Source: an uncultured Actinomycetes bacterium (GTDB lineage Bacteria; Actinomycetota; UBA4738; HRBIN12). From it: a stretch of 64,000 nucleotides of DNA. How positions within the stretch are numbered: position 1 is the stretch's first letter; every line of letters starts with the position of its first letter. The DNA is taken from NCBI GenBank assembly GCA_963835415.1, contig CAWIFZ010000013.1, positions 15,467-79,466 of the forward strand, in the 5' to 3' direction. A program made the position numbers and the translations under genes. The notes beneath the pieces are model-generated. The model saw only the letters and a program-made list of their open reading frames with translations. It was not told where the DNA came from and ran no database searches. Below are positions 54,389-64,000 of the stretch, in pieces.

Positions 54389-55075
54389 CTAGCCCCCTTC
54401 GGCCTTCTTCCGCGCTGCGATCATGGCGGCTCGCCGAGCCTGGCCCTCGGCCACGCGGCGGTCGGTCCCTTTCTCGAGCAGTTCGGCGAGCTTCTCGTCG
54501 AAGACCGCCTGATCCAACGTGACCTCGACGCGCTCGGCAGGAGCTGCCGGAGCGGCGGCGGGCGCGGGTGGCGCGGCGGCGGGGGCCGCGGCCGGAGGCG
54601 CTTCCGCGGCGGGAGCCGCGGCTGGTGCAGCTGCGGCGACGGCGGCGGGGGCCGCGGCGGCAGCAGGAGCGGGAGCCGCGGCTGCGACCGGTGCGGCTGC
54701 GGCCGGAGCGGGCGCGCCGACGGCGACCGGCACCGCGGGCGGTGCCACCACGACCGGGGCGGCCTGCGAGATGTCGACGTCCCGGCGCGGGAGCGCGTGC
54801 CCGGGTCGAACGCGATCGGCGCGGACGACCTTCAGGCCTTCCTCGTCCTTCGCGAACCGCGGCGCGTATCGCATGTACATCACGATCAGGAACAGCACGG
54901 TGACGACACCCAGGAGCGTCAGCAGCTGCGCCATGCTGAACACCCATCCTCCGGTGTTCTCGACAGGTGTGGTCGAAGGATCGACGGGCGTCTGTGCCCC
55001 GGCAGTGGCGACCGTGGAGACGATGAACATGCAGGCACCGGCGAGCACGACGAGGAGCCGGCGGGATGTCTTCAT
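54389..55075 (-). CDS. Membrane protein with Ala/Pro-rich linker and charged helical tail
   Basis: Signal peptide, TM, ~55-aa AP-rich linker, DQAVFDEKLAELLEKGTDRRVAEGQARRAAM. Confidence 0.7.
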   Translation of the reverse strand: MKTSRRLLVVLAGACMFIVSTVATAGAQTPVDPSTTPVENTGGWVFSMAQLLTLLGVVTVLFLIVMYMRYAPRFAKDEEGLKVVRADRVRPGHALPRRDVDISQAAPVVVAPPAVPVAVGAPAPAAAAPVAAAAPAPAAAAAPAAVAAAAPAAAPAAEAPPAAAPAAAPPAPAAAPAAPAERVEVTLDQAVFDEKLAELLEKGTDRRVAEGQARRAAMIAARKKAEGG

Positions 55076-55126
55076 CAGGCGGATTGTCGCAACCATAGGG
55101 CCCCGCGGCAACCGACCGGCCTCGAC

Positions 55127-56440
55127 TCAGGCCAGCGCTCGCTCCAGGACCGGATCGCGTCCCGCGAAGTAGTCGGCCGAGGTGAACGGGACCGCGATGC
55201 CCGGCTGGACCTCGAAGGCGCGTGTCGCCCGGAACGGGCGACCGGAAGAACAGGCTGTCCACGAGCGCCACCAGGCCGGAGTACGGGAGCGTCACCGTGT
55301 CGGGGTCCGCCCAGAACGCGGGCGCGCCGCCCATCGCCTCCCCGATGAAGACCGCATCCGGCACGCGTCGCTCGAGATGCAGCGCCAACGTCGAGCCGGC
55401 GGAGAACGTCAGCCGTCCGACCAGCACGACGAGCGGAACGCGTTGGTCCACCAGGAACCGCAGGAGTTCGCGGAACCCGCCGGCCTCGCCTCCCCCGTTG
55501 TTCCGCAGGTCCAGCACGATGCGATCGACGGCGTGATCGCGCATCGCCTCCCGCATCGCAGCGACGACCCCGCCGCTGTGTTCACGCACGACCTGGTAAC
55601 GGACGTCGAGCGTCCGCTCCGCAGCCAGGTAGTCGAGGCGGAACTGCGCTTGCGCGTCGCGGAGGAAGTCGAGCCCGGGACGTTCGGGCAACAACAGCTC
55701 CCACCCGCCGACCCAGTCCGCGTACGTCTCCGCGTCCACGGCATCGATCGCAACGGTGCGGCGATCGCCGTCAGGCATCCGGACGTCGAGCACCATCGTG
55801 TCGACGTCGTCCGAGATGCTCGAGTCCGGTCAGGACCTCCGCGCTCGTGAGGAAGACCATGCGCGCCGCTCGGAGGTTGGATGGTGTGTCGCGGGGAACG
55901 ACGGGATCCAGTCGTTCGAACACCGCGTCGATCGGGACGCCGTCGACCTTCAGCACCCGAGCGCCTTCGAGGTCGGCGTTGGGCTGACGGGCCGCCGTCA
56001 CGTACACCCCGTCCGGGAACTCCCAGAGACGGACCGGGAACCGACGGACGGCATCGGGGTTGTCCGGCGGCCAGATACCCATGTGGCCGTCGCCGCCGTG
56101 CGTACTGATCATGGCGACCAGGTGCATCACCCCGACCAGCATCTCGTCGTCGTCCAGGTCGGGGATCGCCTCGATCAGCTCGCCGGCAGCTCGATCGAAC
56201 ATCGCCTCGGGCACGCCGTGGAACAGATCCGGGTGGATGTCCTCCATCTGTTCCACCAGGGTCGTGACGTCGGCCGTCCACCGCTCGACGCGGGTGAGTG
56301 CGGCGGGCGACGCGCTGATCGTCGGCGAGCTCGACGCCGCGACGGGTGCGTCCGCCGACGTGCAGGCAGCGGTGAAGAGGACGAGCCAGGCGACGATGGA
56401 AACCGGTCGGTACCGGGAGCGGCGATCGCGTGATGTGCGG
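55127..56440 (-). pseudogene. S41-like peptidase lipoprotein, frameshifted and lacking a canonical in-frame start
   Basis: Lipobox FTAAC, HPDLFH, GDGH, LDLRNNGGG, TFSAG, GEAMGG, GRDPVL spread over three frames. Confidence 0.7.
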
Positions 56441-56441
56441 A

Positions 56442-56479
56442 TAGTACGGAATCGTACTAGATACTACGGTTCCGTAGTA
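56442..56479. promoter_or_regulatory. Tandem 18-bp palindromic operators (likely MarR sites)
   Basis: TAGTACG-gaat-CGTACTA (56442-56459) and TACTACG-gttc-CGTAGTA (56462-56479). Confidence 0.75.
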
Positions 56480-56499
56480 GCGATGATACGCTCCTGCTG

Positions 56500-57012
56500 A
56501 TGACCAGATCCACGGGCACCGCCCCCGTCGACGACACGGCCGCCTGGCGCCAGGACCCGGATCACGAGACGTCGTTGTTGTTCGACGTGTTCGTGCTCGG
56601 ACAACGGACGCGAGCACTCGTCGCCGAAGCCATGCGCGACGCGGAGATGCGTCCCGACGAGTACGCCGCATACAGCGTGGTGTTCGAGGCCGGACCGCTG
56701 ACCCAGACGGACCTGGCCGAGCGGCTGGGCATGGCCGTCACCACCGTGGCCGACTTCGTGAGGACGATGGTGGAGCGTCGACATCTCCGGAAGCGGCCAC
56801 ACCCCACCGATCAGCGTGCCGCGTTGCTGTCGCTGACGCCGGAAGGGATCCGGGCGCATCGCCGCGCGTCCCGCTCGTTCGAGGTGGCGGCCCACGCGAT
56901 GAGCGATCAGCTCGCGCCGCTCGACGAGGGTTCGGCGCGCGAGGTGCTGCAGCGGCTCACGGCGAGCGCCGAGCACGCGCTCACCGCGATCCCGGCACAG
57001 CGCACCGGCTGA
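56500..57012 (+). CDS. MarR family regulator
   Basis: LTQTDLAERLG, RKRPHPTDQRAALLSLTPEG. Confidence 0.9.
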   Translation: MTRSTGTAPVDDTAAWRQDPDHETSLLFDVFVLGQRTRALVAEAMRDAEMRPDEYAAYSVVFEAGPLTQTDLAERLGMAVTTVADFVRTMVERRHLRKRPHPTDQRAALLSLTPEGIRAHRRASRSFEVAAHAMSDQLAPLDEGSAREVLQRLTASAEHALTAIPAQRTG

Positions 57013-57014
57013 GG

Positions 57015-57936
57015 TCAGCCGGTCTCGGGGCCGGCGAGCTCGTTCAGCGCGTTGAGCGACGGTGCGAAGTAATACGCGCCGCTGACGGGCCGCGAGAAAT
57101 CCAGCAGGCGATCCCGCACGCCGTCTCCCGTGAGCCCGAACATCCGGGACAACATCACGTCGAACCGCGTCGGGTCGGCGCTGAACGCCACGAAGTACAA
57201 CCCGTGCTCCTCCACCGTTCCGAACGGAACGCTCCGCCGGAAGATCTCGAGCTCCATGCCGTCGATCGTGACCTCGACGCGCGCGATGTGCGCGGTCGGC
57301 GGCTTCTCGGTCTCGGAGAGCTCGATGCTGTCGCGCTTCGTTCGCCCGAACACCGCGTCCTGGTCGCGCTCGGAGAGCCGGTGGAACGCGTCCAGGTCGT
57401 GGACCCAGCGCATCACGATCACGTGGCTCCCGCCGGCGCCCGGCATGCCCGTCCGGCACCAGTGCGACGTCCGGCGCCATCCGAACCGGCGGGTTCGCGG
57501 TGCCGTCGACGAAGCCGGTGATATCGCGGCCGTCCCGGTACGCGAACCCCACCTGCTCGGCGGCGAGCTCCGCCACGTCGCCGACGGCGCGCGCCGCCGC
57601 CCGCGCGTGGTCCCAGACGTTGTCGGGCGCGCTGCCGCTGATCCACAGCCAGGCGTCGTGCGGGGTGGCCGGCGCCCGGAGCCCGTCCATCCCGTCGAGC
57701 CCGGGGAAGTCGGCAAGGGACGCCGGCGCCTCCGACGGAGCGACCTCGCGCCACGCCGCCGCGCCGAACCCGGCCACGATGTTCACGCCGCCTGCCGAGA
57801 CCTCCGGCGCGCGCAGCCGCCGGAACGACGCCACGGCATCCGTGGGCGTGACGCCCGGCCGAAGATCGAACTCCAGGAAGTGATGCGCGTCCGTTCCCTG
57901 CGCGAAGATCCCGAACTGCGGCAGCGTGAACGCCAT
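57015..57936 (-). CDS. Dyp-type peroxidase; frameshift near 57455
   Basis: GFVDGTANP (GxxDG), RWVHDL, FGRTK, AHIARV, IFRRSVPFG split across two frames. Confidence 0.85.
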
Positions 57937-58057
57937 GTCACAGGAGCGTAGTCCGAACGCGAACCCATCATGAAGCGCGAGCATCGCCTCTGAAGAAAGG
58001 GCGAACTGGTGCAGCCAAGGATGCTCGGATACGCTCGGCGCACATGCGGACCCGGCC

Positions 58058-61000
58058 ATGACCTGCTCGAACTGCGGCACCGAGAACCGGAGTGGACGCA
58101 AGTTCTGCTCGGCGTGCGGAACACCCTTGTCTCACGCATGCCTCACGTGCGGAGCCCTCAACGAACCCGATGATCGGTTCTGCGGCGAATGCGGCGCCGC
58201 GCTCGAGTCCGATGTGGCACGAGCCTCCCTCCCGCGGCCGGCGCCCGTATCGGAGAGGAAACTCGTCTCCGTACTCTTCGCGGACCTCGTCGGGTTCACG
58301 ACGCTGTCGGAGTCGCGCGACCCTGAAGAGGTGCGCGAGCTCCTCACCCGATACTTCGAGATCGCGCGAACGGTCATCGAGCGCTACGGAGGCACGGTCG
58401 AGAAGTTCATCGGCGACGCGGTCATGGCGGTCTGGGGCGCGCCGGTGACCCAGGAGGACGACGCGGAGCGTGCCGTGCGCGCCGGACTCGAGCTGGTCGC
58501 GGCGGTGACGGAGCTCGGGTCGGATGTGGATGCCGAACTGGCCGCACGCGCCGGGGTCGCGACGGGCGAGACGGCCGTCACGCTGGGCGCGGAAGGCCAG
58601 GGCTTGGTCGCAGGCGACCTCGTGAACACCGCCGCGCGCGTCCAGACGGACGCGACGCCGGGAACGGTGTTCGTCACGGACGTGACACGCCGGGCCAGCG
58701 ACGCGGCGATCGTGTACGAGGACGCCGGGATGCATCAGCTGAAAGGGAAGGCAGAGCCGATGCCGCTCGCGCGCGCGGTGCGCGTGATCGCGCTCCGCGG
58801 CGGCGAGCTCCGCTCTGTGGGCCTCGAGTCACCGTTCGTGGGCCGCGACCGCGAGATGCGATTGATCAAGGACCTGTTCCACGCCAGCGCCGATGAGGCG
58901 CGGGCGCACCTGATGTCGGTGATCGGGATCGGCGGGATCGGGAAGTCCCGCCTGTCATGGGAGTTCCTGAAGTACATCGACGGACTGATGGACTCGGTGA
59001 GGTGGCATCGCGGCCGCTGCCTCGCCTACGGCGAGGGCATCACGTACTGGGCGCTCTCGGAGATGGTTCGTTCCCGGGCGGGGATCGGCGAGGACGAGCC
59101 GAGCGACGCTGCCGCCCGCAAGCTCCGAGCCTGCGTGGAGGAGTGGATCGCCGACCCCGAGGAGCGGGGGTGGGTCGAGCCCCGGCTCGCCCATCTGCTC
59201 GGGCTCGAGGAGCGCACGTCGTGGTCGCGCGACGACCTGTTCGCGGGATGGCGCCTGTTCTTCGAGCGGATCGCTGACCGGGGAGGCCCGACGGTGATGG
59301 TCTTCGAAGACGTCCAGTGGGCCGACGATGCGTTGCTCGACTTCGTGGACCACCTCGCCGAACGAGCGCGTGACCATCCACTGTTCGTGGTGACGCTCTC
59401 CCGGCCGGAGCTTCTCGAACGCCGGCCGGATTGGGGCGTCGGGAAGCATCGGTTCACGTCGCTCTACCTGGAGCCGCTGCCTGGTTCCGCGATCGATGAG
59501 CTGCTCCGAGGCATGGTGCCCGGATTGCCCGACGAGCTCCTGGTGCGCGTGCGGGAGCGCGCGGAAGGCGTTCCGCTCTACGCCGTGGAAACGGTCCGCA
59601 TGCTGCTGGACAAGGGCTTGCTCGCGCTCGGCAGCGGCGATGGCTACGAGCTGACCGGTTCGGTCGACGAGCTGGAGGTGCCCGGCTCGCTCCACGGGTT
59701 GATCGCGGCGCGTCTCGACGGCCTGCCCGCGCAGGAACGCGCGCTGCTTCAGGACGGCGCGGTACTGGGCAAGACGTTCCCGCGTCCGGCAGTGGCGGCG
59801 TTGAGCGCACTCCCCGACGACCGGCTCGATGACTTGCTCGCCGCCCTGGTCCGCAAGGAATTCCTGTCGATCCAAAGCGATCCGCGGGCGCCCGACCACG
59901 GCCAGTACGGGTTCCTCCAATCGCTCGTGCAGAAGGTGGCGTACGACACGCTCGCGAAGAAGGACCGGCGGGTCAGGCACCTCGCCGCTGCCGAGCACCT
60001 GGAACGGACATGGACGGGCGACGAGGATGAGATCGTCGAGGTGATCGCCGCCCACTACGCGGAGGCGTATCGGTCGGCCCCCGATGAGCCGGGGTCGGAA
60101 CCGGTTCGCGCGCGAGCGCGAGATGCCCTCACCCGCGCAGGGCGGCGAGCCCAACAGCTCGCCGCGCCGCGCGCCGCGCGCGGGTACTTCCTCAGCGCTG
60201 CTGGGCTCGCCGATACCGACGAAGAGCGTGCCGCCCTCCTGGAGCTCGCCGGCACCATGGCGAGCGTCAGCGCGTCCTTCGATGAGGCGATGGGCGACCT
60301 CGAGGAGGCCGAGGCGCTGTTCCGGTCGCGCGGCCGCACCCACGATGCCGCTCGCGTCTCGGCCCGCATCGGCGATGTGTCGCTGCTCACGTCGAAGCTC
60401 GACGACGCCCTCGGCCGGATGACCTCGGCGTTCGAGATCCTGAAGCACGACGAGCCGGACGAGGACCTCGCGGTGCTCGCGGCCCAGCTCGGACGGCTCC
60501 ACTTCTTCGCGGGGCATCTCGACGAGGCCGCCGACACCATCGAGCTGGCGCTCGGGGTCGCAGAGTCGCTCTGGCTCCCCGAGACGATCTCGGAGGCGAT
60601 GAACACCAAGGGCCTGATCGCAAGTTCCCACGGCCGACCCGAGGAAGCGCTCGCGTTGATCAGCCGCAGCCTCGAGATCGCGCTCGAGAACGACACGCCG
60701 AGCGCCGCGCTCCGCGCGTACGCCAACCTGGCCAACGAGATGTTCGAGCGCGATCGCTACGACGAGTCCACACGGTTGGATCTCGATGCGATCGCCCTGG
60801 CGCACCGGCTCGGGTGGAGCGGCCCCGAATGGTTCGCCAGGATGCAGATCGTGGGGCACCAGGTCTTGTCCGGTGCGTGGGACGACGTGCTCGACACGAT
60901 GCGCGAGGCGATGGAGTCGGACGACCCGGGCGTTCGAGCGGGTCTCGAGGGGATCGCATGGGAGGCGATGGAGGTGTCGCGGAACCGGGGCGAGGTCGGG

Positions 61001-61642
61001 GAGGTGAACCGGTACTTCGCGATCTGGCAGGACCACAGCGACAGCGACGACGTCCAGGCGCGCGCGATCTACGCCGTGGTGCGCGCAACGGCCGCCGAGG
61101 CGAGGGGCGACCGGCAGCAGGCGCACGGCTTTGCCCGGGAGGCGTTCGGCCTGCGCGGCTCGCTCGGCAGGCGGCACGGGACCGTCAAGTGGTCGTATCC
61201 CATCGCCGTCGACACAGCCATCCAGCTAGGGGATCTCGCGTTCGCGGAAGAGCTCGTGTCGACCGTTGAGGGATGGAAGCCAGGCGAGACCTCGCCGTTC
61301 ATGCATGCGATGGCGATGCGCTTCCGGGCGCGGCTCGCACCGGATACCCCCGAAGCGGACGGCCGATTCAAGTCGGCGACCGGCCTGTTCCGGGAGATCG
61401 GTGCCCCGTTCTACCAGGCATGCACCATGCTCGAACACGCGGAGTGGCTCACCGCGAACGGCCGGATGGACGACGCGGCGCCGCTCCTCACCGAGGCGCG
61501 CGAGACCTTCGAACGACTGGGAGCCAGCCCGTGGCTGGAGCGACTCGACGAGGCGGCGCCGAGCCGCGTGAGAACCGTGAGAGCCGGAGCGGGGATTCGA
61601 ACCCCGGACCTACCACTTACGAGGCGGTTGCTCTACCACTGA
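58058..61642 (+). CDS. Double Zn-ribbon + class III adenylate/guanylate cyclase + AAA/STAND ATPase + TPR protein
   Basis: CSNCG/CSACG/CLTCG/CGECG, LFADLVGFT, KFIGDAVM, VNTAAR, GIGGIGKS. Confidence 0.92.
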   Translation: MTCSNCGTENRSGRKFCSACGTPLSHACLTCGALNEPDDRFCGECGAALESDVARASLPRPAPVSERKLVSVLFADLVGFTTLSESRDPEEVRELLTRYFEIARTVIERYGGTVEKFIGDAVMAVWGAPVTQEDDAERAVRAGLELVAAVTELGSDVDAELAARAGVATGETAVTLGAEGQGLVAGDLVNTAARVQTDATPGTVFVTDVTRRASDAAIVYEDAGMHQLKGKAEPMPLARAVRVIALRGGELRSVGLESPFVGRDREMRLIKDLFHASADEARAHLMSVIGIGGIGKSRLSWEFLKYIDGLMDSVRWHRGRCLAYGEGITYWALSEMVRSRAGIGEDEPSDAAARKLRACVEEWIADPEERGWVEPRLAHLLGLEERTSWSRDDLFAGWRLFFERIADRGGPTVMVFEDVQWADDALLDFVDHLAERARDHPLFVVTLSRPELLERRPDWGVGKHRFTSLYLEPLPGSAIDELLRGMVPGLPDELLVRVRERAEGVPLYAVETVRMLLDKGLLALGSGDGYELTGSVDELEVPGSLHGLIAARLDGLPAQERALLQDGAVLGKTFPRPAVAALSALPDDRLDDLLAALVRKEFLSIQSDPRAPDHGQYGFLQSLVQKVAYDTLAKKDRRVRHLAAAEHLERTWTGDEDEIVEVIAAHYAEAYRSAPDEPGSEPVRARARDALTRAGRRAQQLAAPRAARGYFLSAAGLADTDEERAALLELAGTMASVSASFDEAMGDLEEAEALFRSRGRTHDAARVSARIGDVSLLTSKLDDALGRMTSAFEILKHDEPDEDLAVLAAQLGRLHFFAGHLDEAADTIELALGVAESLWLPETISEAMNTKGLIASSHGRPEEALALISRSLEIALENDTPSAALRAYANLANEMFERDRYDESTRLDLDAIALAHRLGWSGPEWFARMQIVGHQVLSGAWDDVLDTMREAMESDDPGVRAGLEGIAWEAMEVSRNRGEVGEVNRYFAIWQDHSDSDDVQARAIYAVVRATAAEARGDRQQAHGFAREAFGLRGSLGRRHGTVKWSYPIAVDTAIQLGDLAFAEELVSTVEGWKPGETSPFMHAMAMRFRARLAPDTPEADGRFKSATGLFREIGAPFYQACTMLEHAEWLTANGRMDDAAPLLTEARETFERLGASPWLERLDEAAPSRVRTVRAGAGIRTPDLPLTRRLLYH

Positions 61643-61653
61643 GCTACTCCGGC
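61582..61653 (-). tRNA. tRNA-Thr(CGT)
   Basis: GCCGGAGTAGCTCAGTGGTAGAGC, loop CT-CGT-AA, GGTTCGAATCC; CCA not encoded. Confidence 0.95.
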
Positions 61654-61751
61654 GGCGGTTGCCGAGTCTACCGAACCGGGTGCTGGCACCCATGGACGTC
61701 CGCCAGGCTCCCCGCTCGTCGGAAGGGGCCTCCATCGAGGATGATGCGCGC

Positions 61752-63857
61752 ATGAGCTCGAACGGCGACGTGCGGATGGGCCCCGTGAAGCGCGTGATGG
61801 TCGGCACCGACCGGTCGGTCACGGCCGAGCGCGCGGTCGCCTGGGCGGCGGCGTTCGCGGACCGCTACGAGGCGGACCTCCACATCGTCCAGGTGATCCT
61901 CCCGGGCAACCCCACCGACACGCAGTTCGGGGCCGCCGAGGCCACCCGGGCACGAGGCGCCGCCGACGAGCTCCAGACGTATGCCACGCAGGTCGCCGGC
62001 GAACGCGGCCGCGCGCACGTCGTGATCCACGACGACCCGGCGATGGCGATCGTCGAGGCGACGGAGGAGCACGGGATCGACGTGCTGGTGGTGGGCAACG
62101 CGGGGATGGCCGGCCGCAAGGAGTTCCTGCTGGGCAACGTGCCGAACCGGATCAGCCACAACGCGCGCTGCACGGTGATCATCGTGAACACGGCGGACGG
62201 GCAGGCCGCCGTGCCCGCCGGTGCCCGCCGGGAGCCGGCGTCGCTCCGCACGAGCGCCGCGGAGGAGACCGAGCCCCACCTGATCGCGCGCGGCACGAAG
62301 ATCGCGACCGTCTTCGCGAAGCACGGGCTGAAGGAGCTGTTCGGCCGGCCGGACGAAGAGGGCGCCGTCGGGCGCGAACGTCAGGGCAAACGGCTGCGCG
62401 CCGCGTTGGAGGAGCTGGGTCCGACGTTCGCGAAGCTCGGGCAGATCCTGTCGACGCGCCCCGATCTGCTGCCGCCCGAATACATCAAGGAGCTCGCGAC
62501 GCTGCAGGACGACGTGCCGGCGCTCAGCGAGGAGCAGGTCGTCGGCGTGATGGAGCAGGAGCTGGGCGTCCCGTGGGAGGACGTGTTCGATCACATCGAG
62601 CCGCAGGCGCTGGCGGCCGGCACGATCGCCGAGGTGCACCGCGCGACGCTCGCGACCGGCGAGAAGGTCGTCGTGAAGGTGCAGCGGCCTGACGCGAAGG
62701 AGCAGATCGAGCAGGACCTGGCGCTGCTGGAGGTGTTCGCCGAGAAGGTGGGACATCGGCCGGGGCTCAAACAGGTGATCGACATGGAGGCGGTGTTCAC
62801 GTACCTGTCGGACTCGCTGCACCGCGAGCTGGACTTCCGGCAGGAGATGGACAACATGCGCCGGATGACGGAGGTGATCGCGCCGTTCTCGCGCCTGCGC
62901 GTGCCGGACGTGCACACCAGTTACTCCACGTCCCGTCTGCTGGTGATGCGCGACGTAGCCGGCGGTCCCATCGCGAACGCCCCCGAGGGAACGGCCCGCA
63001 ACGAGGCCGCGCGCCAGCTGCTCGAGTCGTTCTACAAGCAGATCATGGTGGACGGCTTCTTCCACGCCGACCCGCACCCGGGGAACCTGATGTGGCAGCC
63101 CGAGGAGGACCGGCTCTACTTCCTGGACCTCGGGATGGTGGGCGAGGTCACCGCCGAGATGCGCGAGCAGATGATGCTGCTCCTCATGGCGTTCTGGCAG
63201 GAGGACGTCGGTTTCCTCACGGACATCTCCCTGATGCTGTCGGGCGCGATCGATCGGAGCGACCTGGACGTGGACGCGTTCCGCGAGGACATCGGCGCGC
63301 TGATGGCGAAGAACCGCAGCGCCTCGCTCAAGGACATCCAGCTCGGCCCGGTGCTCCAGGAGATGACCGAGATCTCGCTCCGCCACAACGTCCCGTTGCC
63401 GGCCTCGCTGACCCTGACCGGCAAGGCGCTCGCGCAGATGCAGCTGGCGGCCGCGCAGCTCGATCCGGAGCTGGACCCGTTCGACGTGGCGGGGAAGTTC
63501 TTGATGCGCACGGTCTTCACCGGCATGGGCTCGAAGTTCGACCTGAAGGCGGTCTTCTATCAGACACAGAAGATGAAGGTGCGTGCGATGCGGGTGATCG
63601 AGGCGGTGGAGCGATTGATCGGCGCGCGCCCCGGTCAGAAGCTCGAAGTGAACTTCCGCGCGGCCTCGTTGGAGACGACGATCCGGCGCGCCGGTCGGCG
63701 GCTGGCGCTGGGTCTCACCGCGGGCGCCGCGATCCTGGCGTCGTCGCTCGCTGCACTCTCGACGCGGGTCGCGGGGTGGGTGCCGGCGGTCTTCGGAGTG
63801 GTCGCGGCGCTGCTCACGCTCGGTCTGCTGGTCGACCTGATCCGCCGGCGCGACTGA
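61752..63857 (+). CDS. Universal stress protein domain fused to UbiB/ABC1 atypical kinase
   Basis: VMVGTDRS, LVVGNAGM...LLGNVPNRISHNARCTVIIV; AKLGQ, VKVQRP, HADPHPGN, DLGM; C-terminal TMs. Confidence 0.9.
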   Translation: MSSNGDVRMGPVKRVMVGTDRSVTAERAVAWAAAFADRYEADLHIVQVILPGNPTDTQFGAAEATRARGAADELQTYATQVAGERGRAHVVIHDDPAMAIVEATEEHGIDVLVVGNAGMAGRKEFLLGNVPNRISHNARCTVIIVNTADGQAAVPAGARREPASLRTSAAEETEPHLIARGTKIATVFAKHGLKELFGRPDEEGAVGRERQGKRLRAALEELGPTFAKLGQILSTRPDLLPPEYIKELATLQDDVPALSEEQVVGVMEQELGVPWEDVFDHIEPQALAAGTIAEVHRATLATGEKVVVKVQRPDAKEQIEQDLALLEVFAEKVGHRPGLKQVIDMEAVFTYLSDSLHRELDFRQEMDNMRRMTEVIAPFSRLRVPDVHTSYSTSRLLVMRDVAGGPIANAPEGTARNEAARQLLESFYKQIMVDGFFHADPHPGNLMWQPEEDRLYFLDLGMVGEVTAEMREQMMLLLMAFWQEDVGFLTDISLMLSGAIDRSDLDVDAFREDIGALMAKNRSASLKDIQLGPVLQEMTEISLRHNVPLPASLTLTGKALAQMQLAAAQLDPELDPFDVAGKFLMRTVFTGMGSKFDLKAVFYQTQKMKVRAMRVIEAVERLIGARPGQKLEVNFRAASLETTIRRAGRRLALGLTAGAAILASSLAALSTRVAGWVPAVFGVVAALLTLGLLVDLIRRRD

Positions 63858-63889
63858 CGCACCGGTTCGACACGGACCCGTCTGAAACG

Positions 63890-64000
63890 TCAGCCGCCAG
63901 GCGGTGGTTCCCAGAGCTCGAACCGGGTGCCTTCGGGATCGACCGCCCATCCGAAGCGCCCGAGCTCCGACTCATCCAGCGCGTCGATCACCTCGACGCC
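63890..64000 (-). CDS. VOC/glyoxalase family protein, C-terminal part
   Basis: GRFGWAVDPEGTRFELWEP*. Confidence 0.8.
   Translation of the reverse strand, partial: GVEVIDALDESELGRFGWAVDPEGTRFELWEPPPGG

Noticed and set aside
54530-54770. Low-complexity GC-rich stretch as a mobile repeat
   Set aside because: It encodes the Ala/Pro linker of ORF 54389-55075
58058-61642. Cyclase-ATPase-TPR as an antiphage (Avs/Pycsar-like) system
   Set aside because: This architecture is a common expanded signalling family in soil actinobacteria, and no effector gene is adjacent

Overview
High-GC actinobacterial chromosomal window made mostly of conserved core genes. The core block reads tilS-hpt-ftsH-folE-folP-folB-folK-panG-panC-coaX-lysS-clpC-radA-carD-PIN/TRAM-ispD-ispF-rlmB. 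The window also holds groEL with a CIRCE operator, acs, a small Moco cluster and two tRNA-Thr genes. No CRISPR array, integrase, transposase or rRNA was seen. About seven genes appear frameshifted, which could be assembly indels or real decay. The best leads are (1) a translationally coupled stand-alone ATP-grasp ligase plus C45 Ntn-hydrolase pair, divergent from an RHH-like regulator; (2) a USP-UbiB/ABC1 kinase fusion with a natural A-to-G change in the Ala-rich loop; (3) a RIO1 kinase behind a probable leader-peptide attenuator; (4) a 6C-like small RNA between groEL and larE; (5) a MogA-XdhC fusion; (6) recurring sigma28-like promoters; (7) CTG starts and many leaderless promoters. All family assignments come from motif recognition by eye, with no database searches.
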